Source: a virus. From it: a stretch of DNA of 64,000 nucleotides. The stretch spans positions 1 to 64,000 of IMG/VR virus record IMGVR_UViG_3300049719_000225, one strand, 5' to 3'. A program made the position numbers and the translations under genes. Shown piece by piece: positions 19,043 through 29,182 of this stretch; position 1 is the stretch's first letter, and each line of letters opens with the position of its first letter. The notes beneath the pieces were generated by a model. It was not told the DNA's origin. It ran no database searches and worked only from the letters and a program-made list of their open reading frames with translations.

Positions 19043-20949
19043 TCCAAATCCAACAGGTTGAGCTGAGGAACTGGCGCAGGGTGAAAAGCGCCAGCGTGGT
19101 GTTCCCCAAAGTGGGCACGATAGCCATGATGGGCTCGAACGGCGTGAGTGGGAAGAGCGTGGGTGCTGGTAAGACCTCATTGGGTGAGGCCGTGTCCAAG
19201 GCCGTATTCGGCGTCCCCACGAAGGCGCTAGGAAAGATGAGCTTCAGGAGAAAGGGTGACACCTATGTGAAGGTGGAGGGTTCCCTCGATGGGAAACCGT
19301 TTACAATTGAGGCGGGTTACAAGTGCAAGGAACTCGGGGGCACCGGCGAAGGCCTTCGTTTCACGGTGAACGGTGTCACCGTGCAGAGGGCCGACTGCAA
19401 GGACACGAGAAATGAGCTGAACAGCGTGCTTGGGATCAGTTCGGAACTGGCTGCTTGGACTGTGTTCATGAACGGTGATAAGTTGGACTTCAGTGAACTC
19501 ACCCAGGTGGCTCAGGTGGAGTTGCTGATGCAGGCGCTGCAACAGCCGCCCTGGCCCAGCTATTCTCAGGGAGCTAGGAAGGCACTGGAGAAGAAGGTGT
19601 CCCTTGAAGTGTCTGCCCGGAGTGATTTGGACGCCGTGAACAGGTCGCTTATTTCCAGTGAAAATGCAGTGGCTCTATCCCAGGAAGAGGTGGCCACGGA
19701 AGAAAAGAGGTACGCAGCCATTTCTGAACAGTACACCAAGGTGCAGGCGGTCTTCGAGGCTAAGATGAAGGAGTTGGAGACCGCCTATCAGAAGGCTGCG
19801 GCAGTCCAGAAAATTGCAAGGCAGGAGCTTTCCAGTGTGATGGAATCGGCAGAGCAACAGGCCGAGGCAGAGTTCAAGACGGCGAAGGACAAGGCACAGA
19901 AGGACTACGGCGATAGCCAGGTGGTCGCTCGAAAGGCCGCCACGAAGAGGGCCACGGACAACGCTGAGTGGCAGCGCCTGAGGCGAGAATATGAGAAGTT
20001 CGCCAAGAGGCCCAAGACATGCCCCACCTGTGGACAGAAATGGCCAGATGATGAACATCTGGAGGCTGAAAAACAGAAGGCCCAGACGGCTTTGGCCAAG
20101 GCCGAGGATGCGTTCCAGGCCTCAGAGGCTGCCTTGGAAAAGGCTGAAAGTCGTGAAAGCGAACTGGACAATGCCCTGCATGCCATTCTCAACCGGATGG
20201 CAACCCGCCAGAAGGAACTCACGAGGGCCGCATCCGACAAGGTGGTGGCTGTTGACGCCCTCGCTGACCGAGCTGCGCGATCTGCCGATGCGTGGGAGAG
20301 CACCACCCCGCAGAAACCAAACGCAGACGCCTTGAATGCTGCCCGTGCCCAACTGGACGCTGAGAGACGAATGGTCACCAGGCTCAAGGAACAGGTGGTA
20401 GAGGCAGGAGCAGCACTGGCCCGTGCTGAGAGACAGGTGATGCTTCACAAGTACTGGGTGGAGGCCCTGGGTCCTACTGGCATCCCCAACCTCATCATCA
20501 ACCAGGCTCTGCCTCCATTGAACTCAGCAGCACAGGCGGCCAGTTTGTCACTGACAGGTGGCGAGATCGATGTCACTTTTGGCACCACGAGGGAGCTAGC
20601 AACGGGTGAGGAGCGCAACAAGCTCACCGTCTATGTGGACAATCCCAAAGGGGCTGACGAGTTGGGCGAGTTCAGCAAGGGCGAGGGGGGACTCACCAAC
20701 CTGATCATCTCGGAAAGCCTGTCTCTGATAGGCCAGATGCCCAGGCGTTGCTCATGGCGTTGGCTGGATGAGGTGATCAACAATCAGGATAGACGGCACG
20801 TTTACAGCTATTACAAGCGGCTGGCGCATGCCAACAATATGGCCATCTTCATCGTGGATCACCACCCTGATGCGCTATCCCTTGCCGATCACGTCCTTGT
20901 GGCCACGAAAGACGAGCAGGGGTTCACGTCTTATGCCTGGGAGAGATAG
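19039..20949 (+). CDS. SbcC/Rad50/gp46-like recombination ATPase
   Basis: VELRNW, GAGKTS Walker A, coiled coil with CPTCG zinc hook, FSKGE signature, WLDE Walker B, IVDH. Confidence 0.92.
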   Translation: MIQIQQVELRNWRRVKSASVVFPKVGTIAMMGSNGVSGKSVGAGKTSLGEAVSKAVFGVPTKALGKMSFRRKGDTYVKVEGSLDGKPFTIEAGYKCKELGGTGEGLRFTVNGVTVQRADCKDTRNELNSVLGISSELAAWTVFMNGDKLDFSELTQVAQVELLMQALQQPPWPSYSQGARKALEKKVSLEVSARSDLDAVNRSLISSENAVALSQEEVATEEKRYAAISEQYTKVQAVFEAKMKELETAYQKAAAVQKIARQELSSVMESAEQQAEAEFKTAKDKAQKDYGDSQVVARKAATKRATDNAEWQRLRREYEKFAKRPKTCPTCGQKWPDDEHLEAEKQKAQTALAKAEDAFQASEAALEKAESRESELDNALHAILNRMATRQKELTRAASDKVVAVDALADRAARSADAWESTTPQKPNADALNAARAQLDAERRMVTRLKEQVVEAGAALARAERQVMLHKYWVEALGPTGIPNLIINQALPPLNSAAQAASLSLTGGEIDVTFGTTRELATGEERNKLTVYVDNPKGADELGEFSKGEGGLTNLIISESLSLIGQMPRRCSWRWLDEVINNQDRRHVYSYYKRLAHANNMAIFIVDHHPDALSLADHVLVATKDEQGFTSYAWER

Positions 20950-21163
20950 AGAACTTTTCCCCGTAGTGCGTGAAACTCTTGGCTAGCCCGATGGTGGCGT
21001 GCCTTCGACCGGGGAACTGCACCGCCACATAGACTGATTGATCCTTCGGTTGCATGTCGGGGAACACGGCCAGCACGAGCGGGTCATCCCAGGCGAGCAC
21101 CGTCACCAGCGTACCTGCGGGGTAGAGCTTTCCGCAGATCACGATGTCATGCTTCGTGGTCAC
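20924..21163 (-). CDS. Hypothetical protein
   Basis: 79 aa; GTGA overlap with upstream gene. Confidence 0.4.
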   Translation of the reverse strand: MTTKHDIVICGKLYPAGTLVTVLAWDDPLVLAVFPDMQPKDQSVYVAVQFPGRRHATIGLAKSFTHYGEKFSISPRHKT

Positions 21164-21678
21164 GATTCGTACTGTCCAATCCGAGGATCTCGGGGGTCGT
21201 CGCTGTACTCGAACTCAGGAGCGGATGGAGTGAGCGCTGGAACTACCCGCAGGTGGTGGGGTTGCCATGCGCCGGGACCGCGATCGCGTTGACGGGAGGC
21301 CTGCGCCTTTTCCTCCGTTGGGTGCACCGTCGCTATGGGATTTCCGCTTTCGTCCTCATCATCGACCAGGTCCACCCAGCCGTATGCGCCAGGGTGCTGA
21401 AGTTTGAAGCCGCTCTCACCAAGCAGGGCCTCCACGGCTTCCTTGCAACTCGGCATGTCGGGATACCTGGAGCACACCTTCGAGCGTACGGCTTTCTTTT
21501 CCTCCGGTGAGCCGTTTCCAGACACGCGACTGAGAGCATTGGCGGCGTGTTCCCTGTCCTCTATGGGATATTTCTCCTTGTCAGGGATGGCGAAGTTCTG
21601 CCGGGACAGGTTATGCCGAGCAGTGGTGCTCAGCACTCTCTCACCCAGTAGCAGCCTCACCCGATAGGAAGACTTCAT
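21160..21678 (-). CDS. DUF6582-like domain protein with LLGE propeptide motifs
   Basis: LSTTARHNL...FAIPDKEKYPIEDREHAANALSRV; TAATTAG 3 nt upstream. Confidence 0.6.
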   Translation of the reverse strand: MKSSYRVRLLLGERVLSTTARHNLSRQNFAIPDKEKYPIEDREHAANALSRVSGNGSPEEKKAVRSKVCSRYPDMPSCKEAVEALLGESGFKLQHPGAYGWVDLVDDEDESGNPIATVHPTEEKAQASRQRDRGPGAWQPHHLRVVPALTPSAPEFEYSDDPRDPRIGQYES

Positions 21679-21752
21679 GATCTAATTACCACCTGCACGC
21701 TCGGTGTTCTATTCGGGGATAGTTAGTTCTCCTAAGACTTCCAAAACACATC

Positions 21753-22214
21753 ATGAAAACTCGTATCCTGTCAGCTCTCCTCGGCGTCGTGGCGCTTGCG
21801 TTCACCGCCTGCCAACTCAACCAGGCGGAAGCATCCGCCGTGTACATTGCCGCTGAGACGGGCACTGCGGCCCTCATCGCGAAGAATCCCCAGATAGTGC
21901 CCACGCTCAATCTCCTGGTCGCCGATTGGACGAAGTTCGAGAACGGCACCATCGTCCCGGGCGATGAGGTCGCATTGCTTCAGAGCATCGTCACAGTGAC
22001 CAAGGCCAAGCTGACCACCACGGAGGCTGCGGCCCTCGACGGCGCTGTTCAGCAGGTACTTGCAAACCAGAACTCCACAGCACCCACACCTCTCCAGGGT
22101 GCTGCAGGGGCGATCATCACCACCCTTATCAACGGCGTGGCACGGGCAATCGTCATCTCGACGCCTGTGACACCTGTCGGTCCCGCTCCCACTGCTGCGG
22201 CGGTGACGAAATAA
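21753..22214 (+). CDS. Lipoprotein
   Basis: MKTRILSALLGVVALAFTA-C lipobox-type signal. Confidence 0.75.
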   Translation: MKTRILSALLGVVALAFTACQLNQAEASAVYIAAETGTAALIAKNPQIVPTLNLLVADWTKFENGTIVPGDEVALLQSIVTVTKAKLTTTEAAALDGAVQQVLANQNSTAPTPLQGAAGAIITTLINGVARAIVISTPVTPVGPAPTAAAVTK

Positions 22215-22300
22215 CTCCTTACGGGGTAGCCTACCTACCAGGCGTAGGCACAGTTCACGAGGCCGTCACATCTTGTGACGGCCTTAGCTGTTGTTAGGGG

Positions 22301-23026
22301 ATGAACCTTGCTGATTTCTTCCCCGATGCAGAGTTGATGGCTGACACGTATGGCTTGATCGGTTTGGGCCTGACGCCCTCGCTGTCCTCCGACTTTTTCC
22401 GTCTCCCCGACTACGGGTTCGTGGACTACCTCAATGTGAAGGACGAGGTGCTGTGGTGGGACGACATCGCCTTCATGGGTATTGTGGCAGAAACTCCTGA
22501 GGAAGCCGTAATCGTTTACGTTGGAACACACACCAACCTTCAGTGGATAAAAGACATACAGGCCAGACCACGGTCTTGGACGACACTGGACGGGGTATCC
22601 GGCCAGGTGGAGCACGGATTTTCGGACGTATACGAGGCCACCACGCTCAACAAGTCCGCCATCACCCTGCGTCAGTACATCGGCCAACTGAATCAGAAAA
22701 AGAAGCCTCTGCATGTTATCGGCCACAGTCTGGGAGCTGCTGCGGGGGGCATTGCTGCTGCGGACTCGTTCTCGCCCCGTTTTTCCCTTTTTGCGATGCC
22801 CAAATGGGGCGACGTAGGCCTTTCCCGGCACCTCAACAGCAAGGCAAGACCCGGTTCCTCCGTCATCAGGAACGTGCAGGATGTTGTGCCCATGGCACCA
22901 CCCTTCCCAGTGTATCAGTCTGTCCTGCCCGAACTGTGGTTCAACAGTGATATGCTGGGGATCTCCGGTGGAGATGCAGCTCGTCATTCCATGCAGGACT
23001 GTTACCTCGCGGCTTGCCGTGGGTGA
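22301..23026 (+). CDS. Lipase class 3-like alpha/beta hydrolase
   Basis: VYVGT...WIKD, VEHGF..VY, IGHSLGAA nucleophile elbow, DVVPMAPP, HSMQDCY. Confidence 0.85.
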   Translation: MNLADFFPDAELMADTYGLIGLGLTPSLSSDFFRLPDYGFVDYLNVKDEVLWWDDIAFMGIVAETPEEAVIVYVGTHTNLQWIKDIQARPRSWTTLDGVSGQVEHGFSDVYEATTLNKSAITLRQYIGQLNQKKKPLHVIGHSLGAAAGGIAAADSFSPRFSLFAMPKWGDVGLSRHLNSKARPGSSVIRNVQDVVPMAPPFPVYQSVLPELWFNSDMLGISGGDAARHSMQDCYLAACRG

Positions 23027-23038
23027 CAGTTAAGCTGT

Positions 23039-25516
23039 ATGGACATCAGTAGCACCATCGACCTGATCAACGTCTGGCAGGGCGGCACCGGGGCTGTAAC
23101 GGCCCTGCAGGGCTTTAACAACCTGTCGCCGATGACAACACAGGGGGACCTGATTGTCGGGGGCGTCAGCGGCAGTGCTTTGAGGTTCCCGATAGGCCCG
23201 GCTGGCACGGTGCTCAGTTCAAATGGTAGCACTTTGTACTGGGGAACGGGCGGAACGGGCGAGGTAACGGTAACAGGCACACCCTCGGTGGGTCAGCTGG
23301 CCGGTTGGTCTGGGGTGTCTTCCATCCAGGGGATCACGGTGGGAACGGGGCTCACACTGACGGGTACCCTGCTCACAGCCACTGGAACTGGTGGGGTGAC
23401 AAACTTTTCGGCAGGCGCTTTGAGCCCACTGTTTACAACCAGTGTTGCGACGGCCACGAGCACCCCGGCGCTCTCGTTCGCGTTGGTGAGCCAGTCTCAG
23501 AATCTGGTATACGCCAGCCCAGCATCGGGTTCAGGAAACCCCGCATTCAGGTCCTTGGTGGTGGCAGATCTCCCTGGAGGGGCGTGGGCGGTAGCCTCAG
23601 TGACGGGCACGTCCAATCAGATCACAGCATCGCCTACCACGGGTGCGGTGGTCGTGAGCCTGCCGAGCGCAGTGACGATGCCCGGCAGCCTGGCGGTGAC
23701 AACCACGAGCATCTTGCAGGCGGTCACGATCAATGGCGCAGCCACCTTCAACTCGACCCTTACCGTCAGCGGCAGCGGAGCGGTGAACTTGGGCAGCGGG
23801 ACGACGACGGTAGGGGGTCAACTTGCCGTCACCGGAACAGGGTTTTCTTTGGTTACTATTGGAGGCCCGTTTGCAGGTAGAAATGAAACCACGTTCACAA
23901 ATACGAACGCCGTCGGGTATAGTGAAATGAATTGGACGACAGACCAAGGCGCGAGGGTAGCTTTTATTGATGTGAACGGAGGGGCGGCCAGCAACGGTAC
24001 TATACAATTAGGTGCTCTATTGGCTGGTGCCGGAATCCAGTATTACGCCTCCGGTTCGAGTATAGGGTATATGACCTCGACTGGCTTGAACGGCATGGCC
24101 ATCGGCCAAACGACCCCGGCGGCAGGCAGCTTCACGACGCTGAGTGCGACGACCAGCATCACGCTCTCAAACGCGAGCAACCCACTGCTGTCTGTATCGG
24201 ACACAACGGCCACCACGGGTCCGGCTGTGTTCCTGCAAGCCGCCCACACCATCGGATCGGGTGAAGGGCTTGTAGGAACCACGAGCAATCATCCGTTAGG
24301 AGTGTACGTGAGCGCTGTTAAGGTCGCTACGTTTTCCTCCACCGGTCTCTCCGTCATCGGCACCTCGACGCTGACGGGGAACGTGACGTTCGGCGGAAGC
24401 CTTCTTTCTGCTGGTTCTTTGGTGTTAGGCACCAACGGCTCTACAACCGCCCTCACGCTCGACACCTCGCAGAACGCGACGTTTGCGGGGAACGTGGGAA
24501 TCGCAGGCACCCTCTCCGTCACGGGCACCTCGACGCTCAACGGAACCACGACTATTGGAAACGGCACAGCAACAGGCTTGCTATATGTTAATGGCGGGGC
24601 AGTGGGTAGCTACGCCGCATACATCGGTTTTGAGGCTGCGGGTACAAACTATTGGGCAATAGGGCGCGGACCCGCAGACGCATCGGCCAATTTTCAAATC
24701 TACGATTTAGAGGGCACGCCGGGGGTGCGTCTCTCGCTGGCGAGCGGAACCGGAGCTTTCTATATTCAGGGCACCTCGACGCTGACGGGGAATGTGACGG
24801 TGGGATCGGGCAGTGGTAATGCCTTGACGTATATCAACGGTGGGGCGGCCTCCACAACGGCGTTAATTTTCGATCAAGCAGGCACTGAGGTCGGGCGCGT
24901 TTCATTTGGAGCCACGCAAAATATGACCCTCTGCACGGGGGCGAACGTCACTGCCCTCACGCTCGACACGAGCCAGAGCGCCACGTTCGCGGGGAACGTG
25001 GGAATCGCAGGCACCCTCGGAGTCACCGGCACCTCGACGCTCACGGGCAACGTCACGGTGCAATCAACAGCAGGAATTAAATTCACAGGAAATGTTTCCA
25101 TGACAGGGGCCATCAATGCAAACCTCTCAAGTAATGGGCGTGAACTGGCATTAAACTTTTCGAACTCAAGTTCTGGTGCCTCCGCAACGACAGAGTGTTT
25201 ATTTGGAAACAACACACAGGCTCTAATCTTTTTTGTTCTTGGAACAGGCAACTCGACAAACCCTCTCTCTGGGGGCCCGGCAACGGCGGGAGCTACGGGC
25301 ATCTATACTTACGGGAACTCCCCATTCACGCTAGGCACCAATTCAATAGCCGCCCTCACGCTCGACACGAGCCAGGGCGCCAAGTTCGCGGGGCACGTGG
25401 GAATCGGTGCAGTAACGAGCACGAGCCCGCTTCATATATCAGGACTTCCCACCTCCTCATCGGGCCTAGCCACGGGAGATATTTGGAATAACGGCGGCGT
25501 CCTGACGGTTAAATAA
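23039..25516 (+). CDS. Long tail fibre protein with modular repeats
   Basis: 825 aa G/T/S-rich; repeated TALTLDTSQ.ATFAGNVGI and GTSTLTGNVT; ends LPTSSSGLATGDIWNNGGVLTVK. Confidence 0.85.
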   Translation: MDISSTIDLINVWQGGTGAVTALQGFNNLSPMTTQGDLIVGGVSGSALRFPIGPAGTVLSSNGSTLYWGTGGTGEVTVTGTPSVGQLAGWSGVSSIQGITVGTGLTLTGTLLTATGTGGVTNFSAGALSPLFTTSVATATSTPALSFALVSQSQNLVYASPASGSGNPAFRSLVVADLPGGAWAVASVTGTSNQITASPTTGAVVVSLPSAVTMPGSLAVTTTSILQAVTINGAATFNSTLTVSGSGAVNLGSGTTTVGGQLAVTGTGFSLVTIGGPFAGRNETTFTNTNAVGYSEMNWTTDQGARVAFIDVNGGAASNGTIQLGALLAGAGIQYYASGSSIGYMTSTGLNGMAIGQTTPAAGSFTTLSATTSITLSNASNPLLSVSDTTATTGPAVFLQAAHTIGSGEGLVGTTSNHPLGVYVSAVKVATFSSTGLSVIGTSTLTGNVTFGGSLLSAGSLVLGTNGSTTALTLDTSQNATFAGNVGIAGTLSVTGTSTLNGTTTIGNGTATGLLYVNGGAVGSYAAYIGFEAAGTNYWAIGRGPADASANFQIYDLEGTPGVRLSLASGTGAFYIQGTSTLTGNVTVGSGSGNALTYINGGAASTTALIFDQAGTEVGRVSFGATQNMTLCTGANVTALTLDTSQSATFAGNVGIAGTLGVTGTSTLTGNVTVQSTAGIKFTGNVSMTGAINANLSSNGRELALNFSNSSSGASATTECLFGNNTQALIFFVLGTGNSTNPLSGGPATAGATGIYTYGNSPFTLGTNSIAALTLDTSQGAKFAGHVGIGAVTSTSPLHISGLPTSSSGLATGDIWNNGGVLTVK

Positions 25517-25517
25517 G

Positions 25518-25655
25518 ATGCACCCCGACCACACCACCCTCCACCGCCAGCGCGACTCCAAGCTCGTCCCCGTTCTCGTAGCCGAGCTAAAGCAGCTAAG
25601 GGCGAGGGTGGCCTCGCTCGAAAAGCTGGTGAAAAATTTTGTCGATAAAACATAA
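25518..25655 (+). pseudogene. Orphan C-terminal coiled coil of a tail-fibre intramolecular chaperone (S74-type)
   Basis: Manual translation MHPDHTTLHRQRDSKLVPVLVAELKQLRARVASLEKLVKNFVDKT. Confidence 0.55.
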
Positions 25656-25872
25656 TGCCCTCCCCCGTTTCATTTAGCCTCTCCGTTAGCCCGTTCCCGG
25701 TGAACTACGACGCCAGTCCGGCGCACGGGAAACCTGGTGACTCTTTACGGGATTGGTGGGAACACGATAAATGGAGCCGCCTCGTACAACCTCACCACAC
25801 AGTATCAGCGTGTCACCGTGGAGTGCGACAACCAGAATTGGATCATCAAAAGTACCTGAGTTCTATCTGTGC

Positions 25873-26394
25873 ATGAATCGACCGCCCCCTATTGACGCCA
25901 AGGCAGTTTTCAACGCTGTCAAGGAGGTCAAGAAAACCATCAATCGCAGGGGTGCTCGCCCAGGTAACCTGGTGCTCATCCTGGATCCTGTAAACGATGA
26001 TGTGGTAATCGGCACCACAGACGACATGACGCTTGATGACACTGTGGCGCTTCTTCGTGTCGGCCTGCGCGGGGGAGTTGAGGACAGTTCCGACGCCCTG
26101 CGTCACGAGATAATCTGCCAACTTACAGCGGCAAAACTGCCAGATCACTTTGCCGTACTCTCCCTGGACAAACACACGGGGAAGCACCTGTTCATCACCC
26201 GCGAGGTTAATTTGGCCCCCGTAGTGGGTGAAGCCATGTTCCAGGTGGGCAGGTTACTCGGCAGGATGGATGCCAAGGCGGCGGTTCAGCGTCTGGCAGC
26301 CGGGCAAACGAATCCTAACCCCGCGATCAAGCTTGAGGCGAAACCTGCTGTCTCCAAGTGGCAGCGTGTGCGCAATTGGGTTTTACTACGATGA
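25873..26394 (+). CDS. Hypothetical protein
   Basis: Start reassigned to MNRPPP (AGTTCT 8 nt upstream). Confidence 0.55.
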   Translation: MNRPPPIDAKAVFNAVKEVKKTINRRGARPGNLVLILDPVNDDVVIGTTDDMTLDDTVALLRVGLRGGVEDSSDALRHEIICQLTAAKLPDHFAVLSLDKHTGKHLFITREVNLAPVVGEAMFQVGRLLGRMDAKAAVQRLAAGQTNPNPAIKLEAKPAVSKWQRVRNWVLLR

Positions 26395-26704
26395 GCACCA
26401 CACGAAAGCAGCGCGCGCAGGTGAGTCGAAAATCTCCGAGCCACCGGAAGGGTGGCTTTGGCCTGAGTGCCGGTCAGAAACGCCACCGCTTCGACGCCAA
26501 CCGTGTTCATCAGCCCCTGTCTCCACTCAAGTTGACGCCTGTTGCTGTGTAGGGTGGGCGGCGAGGTAGGCCGAGAGATCGCAGTACTTGCAGAATGATA
26601 CTCTGGCTGGTGGCGGCAGTGGCAGCAGTAGGGTGGACGCATCGCATCGGCATTGAAGTACACGTCCTGTCGGCGTGTTCAGAACTTTGCGCCCAAAAGG
26701 AATG

Positions 26705-29182
26705 TCACGTTCTTCCATCTTGTTCACCCTCTATAAGCCGAATTGGAACCTTTTTGGCGCTCTTTTTTCCTCTGGTTTTTTCTGATGGTGTTGGCGGTGG
26801 TTTCAAGCCCAGAAGTTCGATGCGGTACTTCGAGGGATACACCTTGGCGTCGATGTGCTGAAAGGCGGGACCGTGGCGGTTCAGGAAGACAAATACGCGA
26901 AAGTCGTCGTTTTGTATCTCTTTGTCCGTGGCGCACAGCCCCAGGGCAACGTCCACGATGCCCGCCTTCTCAAATGCTCCCTGGAATGACCCCATATCGG
27001 GTACGTCCTTGTCCACGGTCTCCTTGTTGCAGCGGTCAGGCATCACAACCACGACCCCCAATTCCTGTGCCAGTGCCCGTGCGTCCGTGTAGATGTTGGC
27101 CTGTTGCCTGTAATCCTTTTCCCCATCTCCACGGGTGGTCGGTCTGATCGTCTCAGCATAGTCAATCACGATCATCTTTGGACGTATTCCCATTTGCCGT
27201 ATGGCCATCTTGGCGTGTGCCCGAAGATCATTTATCGTGGTGCTTTTGCTGGAGAAACTCTTGAACAGAAGCTTCCCGGCCACGCCCCTTTTTTCATCCT
27301 GCATAGCATTCCACACCGCATCCTTGTAGTCTCCCGGGCAGTCGTAGGCTATATCCGTATCGATATTGGAGAGGTTGGCCATCGCCCGCATCATCGCCAG
27401 CTCCTGTGAAATTTCACAGGCGTAATAGATGACATCGTACTTCAGGTTAGGTGCCACCATGTTGAGTGCCAAGTTGAGCGCGAAATTGGTGTTGTGAGTG
27501 ACAGTGAAGTCATCTAGGAGAAACCTCTCGTTTCCATCCAAGGTGAACCCGAACCACTCCCCATCCCTAATCGGGGTTAACTTCAATTTGCAGCGGAGGT
27601 CACATTTTTTAGAATCCTTTGCCTGCTTCCTAGGAAGCCTGGTGGGGATACGCGACAACTTTCCTGATATGAACACTTTATGAGTAAGTCCCGCATAACC
27701 GATGCTCTTGATGCTGGTTTTCTCTGTTCGAGCATAGGCCCGCATACCAACACTTCGAGCCAGCCAGAGAACATCCTGGATAAGTCTCGGGTCCGAGTTG
27801 CAGAAGATGAAACCCTTGTTGAAGGCTAGGTAGCCATCACTATCAAGGAGTCCAGCCAACAACTCTAGGCGAGACGCAGTGTCATTGAACTTGTAGAGGG
27901 CCGGTACATGCTTGTTATTGAAAACGTTGAGTTGGCGCAGGGACTCCGTGATGTGGTTTATGCGATTAGTTGCTTTGGGTTTTTTGGCGAACCGCAGGAT
28001 GTCACACCCTCTACCGTGCGTCACCCCAAGCCTGAGTCCTAGTCTATTGGCATAGGAATGAAGATAGTCAGCTATTTCACCATCTTTGAACCCAACTGTA
28101 ACACCGGGTACATCCTTGGTGCCATCTCCCAGCCAGATACCCAAGAAATAGGGTTCTAGGGGCACCTCTTGGTGAGGAAATTCCACGCCCACTTTGTACG
28201 CTTGCCACTCCTTGCCAAAGTTCTTGTGGGACAGTTTTTCGCACAACTCTCTGGCAGGAATCTCCTTAATACGTTTCTCATCCTCCGACATGACGCACAT
28301 TACATGGGCGTCGTTGCATACGAAGTTGTTCCCATTTCTCTGTTCGACGTGGTACAGAGGACCAAACCCATTTCCGCAGGTTAGTACCCGCCTAGGAGTC
28401 CCATCGTCGCCCATCAGCAGGTCTCCTTCTCGTATCGTCTCCGCGAGTTTAGAGGACCCATCATGCAGCATGACGGGAGTGCCCTTTCCGAGGCACTTGT
28501 GACGCTTGGGCGGTGCGAGTGGCACGATGAGCCAGCCCGGCTTCCACCCCATCTTCCAGATGTCATCAAGGACCTTGTAACCAGTGCTTATGCCGTATTG
28601 CTCATTGGTAACCTTGTCTATGACTTTCTCATAGTCCTCGTGCAGCACGAGGCCCAGATCATCCAGATTTGTGCCCACGGAACGGGCCTGGTCGAACATC
28701 GGTCCCCACCCTTCTGGAGGCTCTTTGTTTTCCTTCAGGAGATCGATGGACTTCCGAATGGCTGCGAGAAGCGCCTGCTCCCTTGCGAACTCAACGAGCG
28801 TCTCCGAGACGTGCTCCCAGTCTGAAGTGTCTAACTCCTCCAGTCGCTTGACGTAGGAGGACACGGAGTCGTCCCCCTTCCCCTCTACATCGAGGGATCG
28901 GTTAGCGTCAGAAACGAGCTGTGCCAGGACGGGAAATGTAGGGAACTTCCCCCACTTCTCGTAGTACGCAACGGCCTCCTTCGCAGTGAGGGTTGCCTCC
29001 ACCCCACCGAAGTAGCTTGGCTTCAGACAGGGGATCACCCACCCGAGGTGGTCCGCGTGACGAATCATGCTCGCCAGAGCCAAGTCCTGATAGTCAGTGT
29101 TGAATCTGAAGCCCGCCACGTTCAGATAGAAGCAGACGCCACGGCCCGCCAGAGCTTGCTCGGTTCCGTATACACCGGGCAC
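26705..29182 (-). CDS. dnaB: Replicative DnaB-like helicase, intein-containing
   Basis: GISTGY..LD, spliced P-loop APPKRHK|T, YYACEIS, IVIDYAE, LAQELGV, NRHGP. Confidence 0.88.
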   Translation of the reverse strand: MPGVYGTEQALAGRGVCFYLNVAGFRFNTDYQDLALASMIRHADHLGWVIPCLKPSYFGGVEATLTAKEAVAYYEKWGKFPTFPVLAQLVSDANRSLDVEGKGDDSVSSYVKRLEELDTSDWEHVSETLVEFAREQALLAAIRKSIDLLKENKEPPEGWGPMFDQARSVGTNLDDLGLVLHEDYEKVIDKVTNEQYGISTGYKVLDDIWKMGWKPGWLIVPLAPPKRHKCLGKGTPVMLHDGSSKLAETIREGDLLMGDDGTPRRVLTCGNGFGPLYHVEQRNGNNFVCNDAHVMCVMSEDEKRIKEIPARELCEKLSHKNFGKEWQAYKVGVEFPHQEVPLEPYFLGIWLGDGTKDVPGVTVGFKDGEIADYLHSYANRLGLRLGVTHGRGCDILRFAKKPKATNRINHITESLRQLNVFNNKHVPALYKFNDTASRLELLAGLLDSDGYLAFNKGFIFCNSDPRLIQDVLWLARSVGMRAYARTEKTSIKSIGYAGLTHKVFISGKLSRIPTRLPRKQAKDSKKCDLRCKLKLTPIRDGEWFGFTLDGNERFLLDDFTVTHNTNFALNLALNMVAPNLKYDVIYYACEISQELAMMRAMANLSNIDTDIAYDCPGDYKDAVWNAMQDEKRGVAGKLLFKSFSSKSTTINDLRAHAKMAIRQMGIRPKMIVIDYAETIRPTTRGDGEKDYRQQANIYTDARALAQELGVVVVMPDRCNKETVDKDVPDMGSFQGAFEKAGIVDVALGLCATDKEIQNDDFRVFVFLNRHGPAFQHIDAKVYPSKYRIELLGLKPPPTPSEKTRGKKSAKKVPIRLIEGEQDGRT
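27491..28495 (-). mobile_element. LAGLIDADG intein in helicase P-loop (335 aa)
   Basis: CLGKGTPV...FLGIWLGDG...LLAGLLDSDG...FTVTHN|T. Confidence 0.95.

Noticed and set aside
24340-25410. Diversity-generating retroelement or invertase shufflon at the fibre gene
   Set aside because: Repeats are direct, in-frame and not adenine-specific in their differences; no reverse transcriptase or invertase seen
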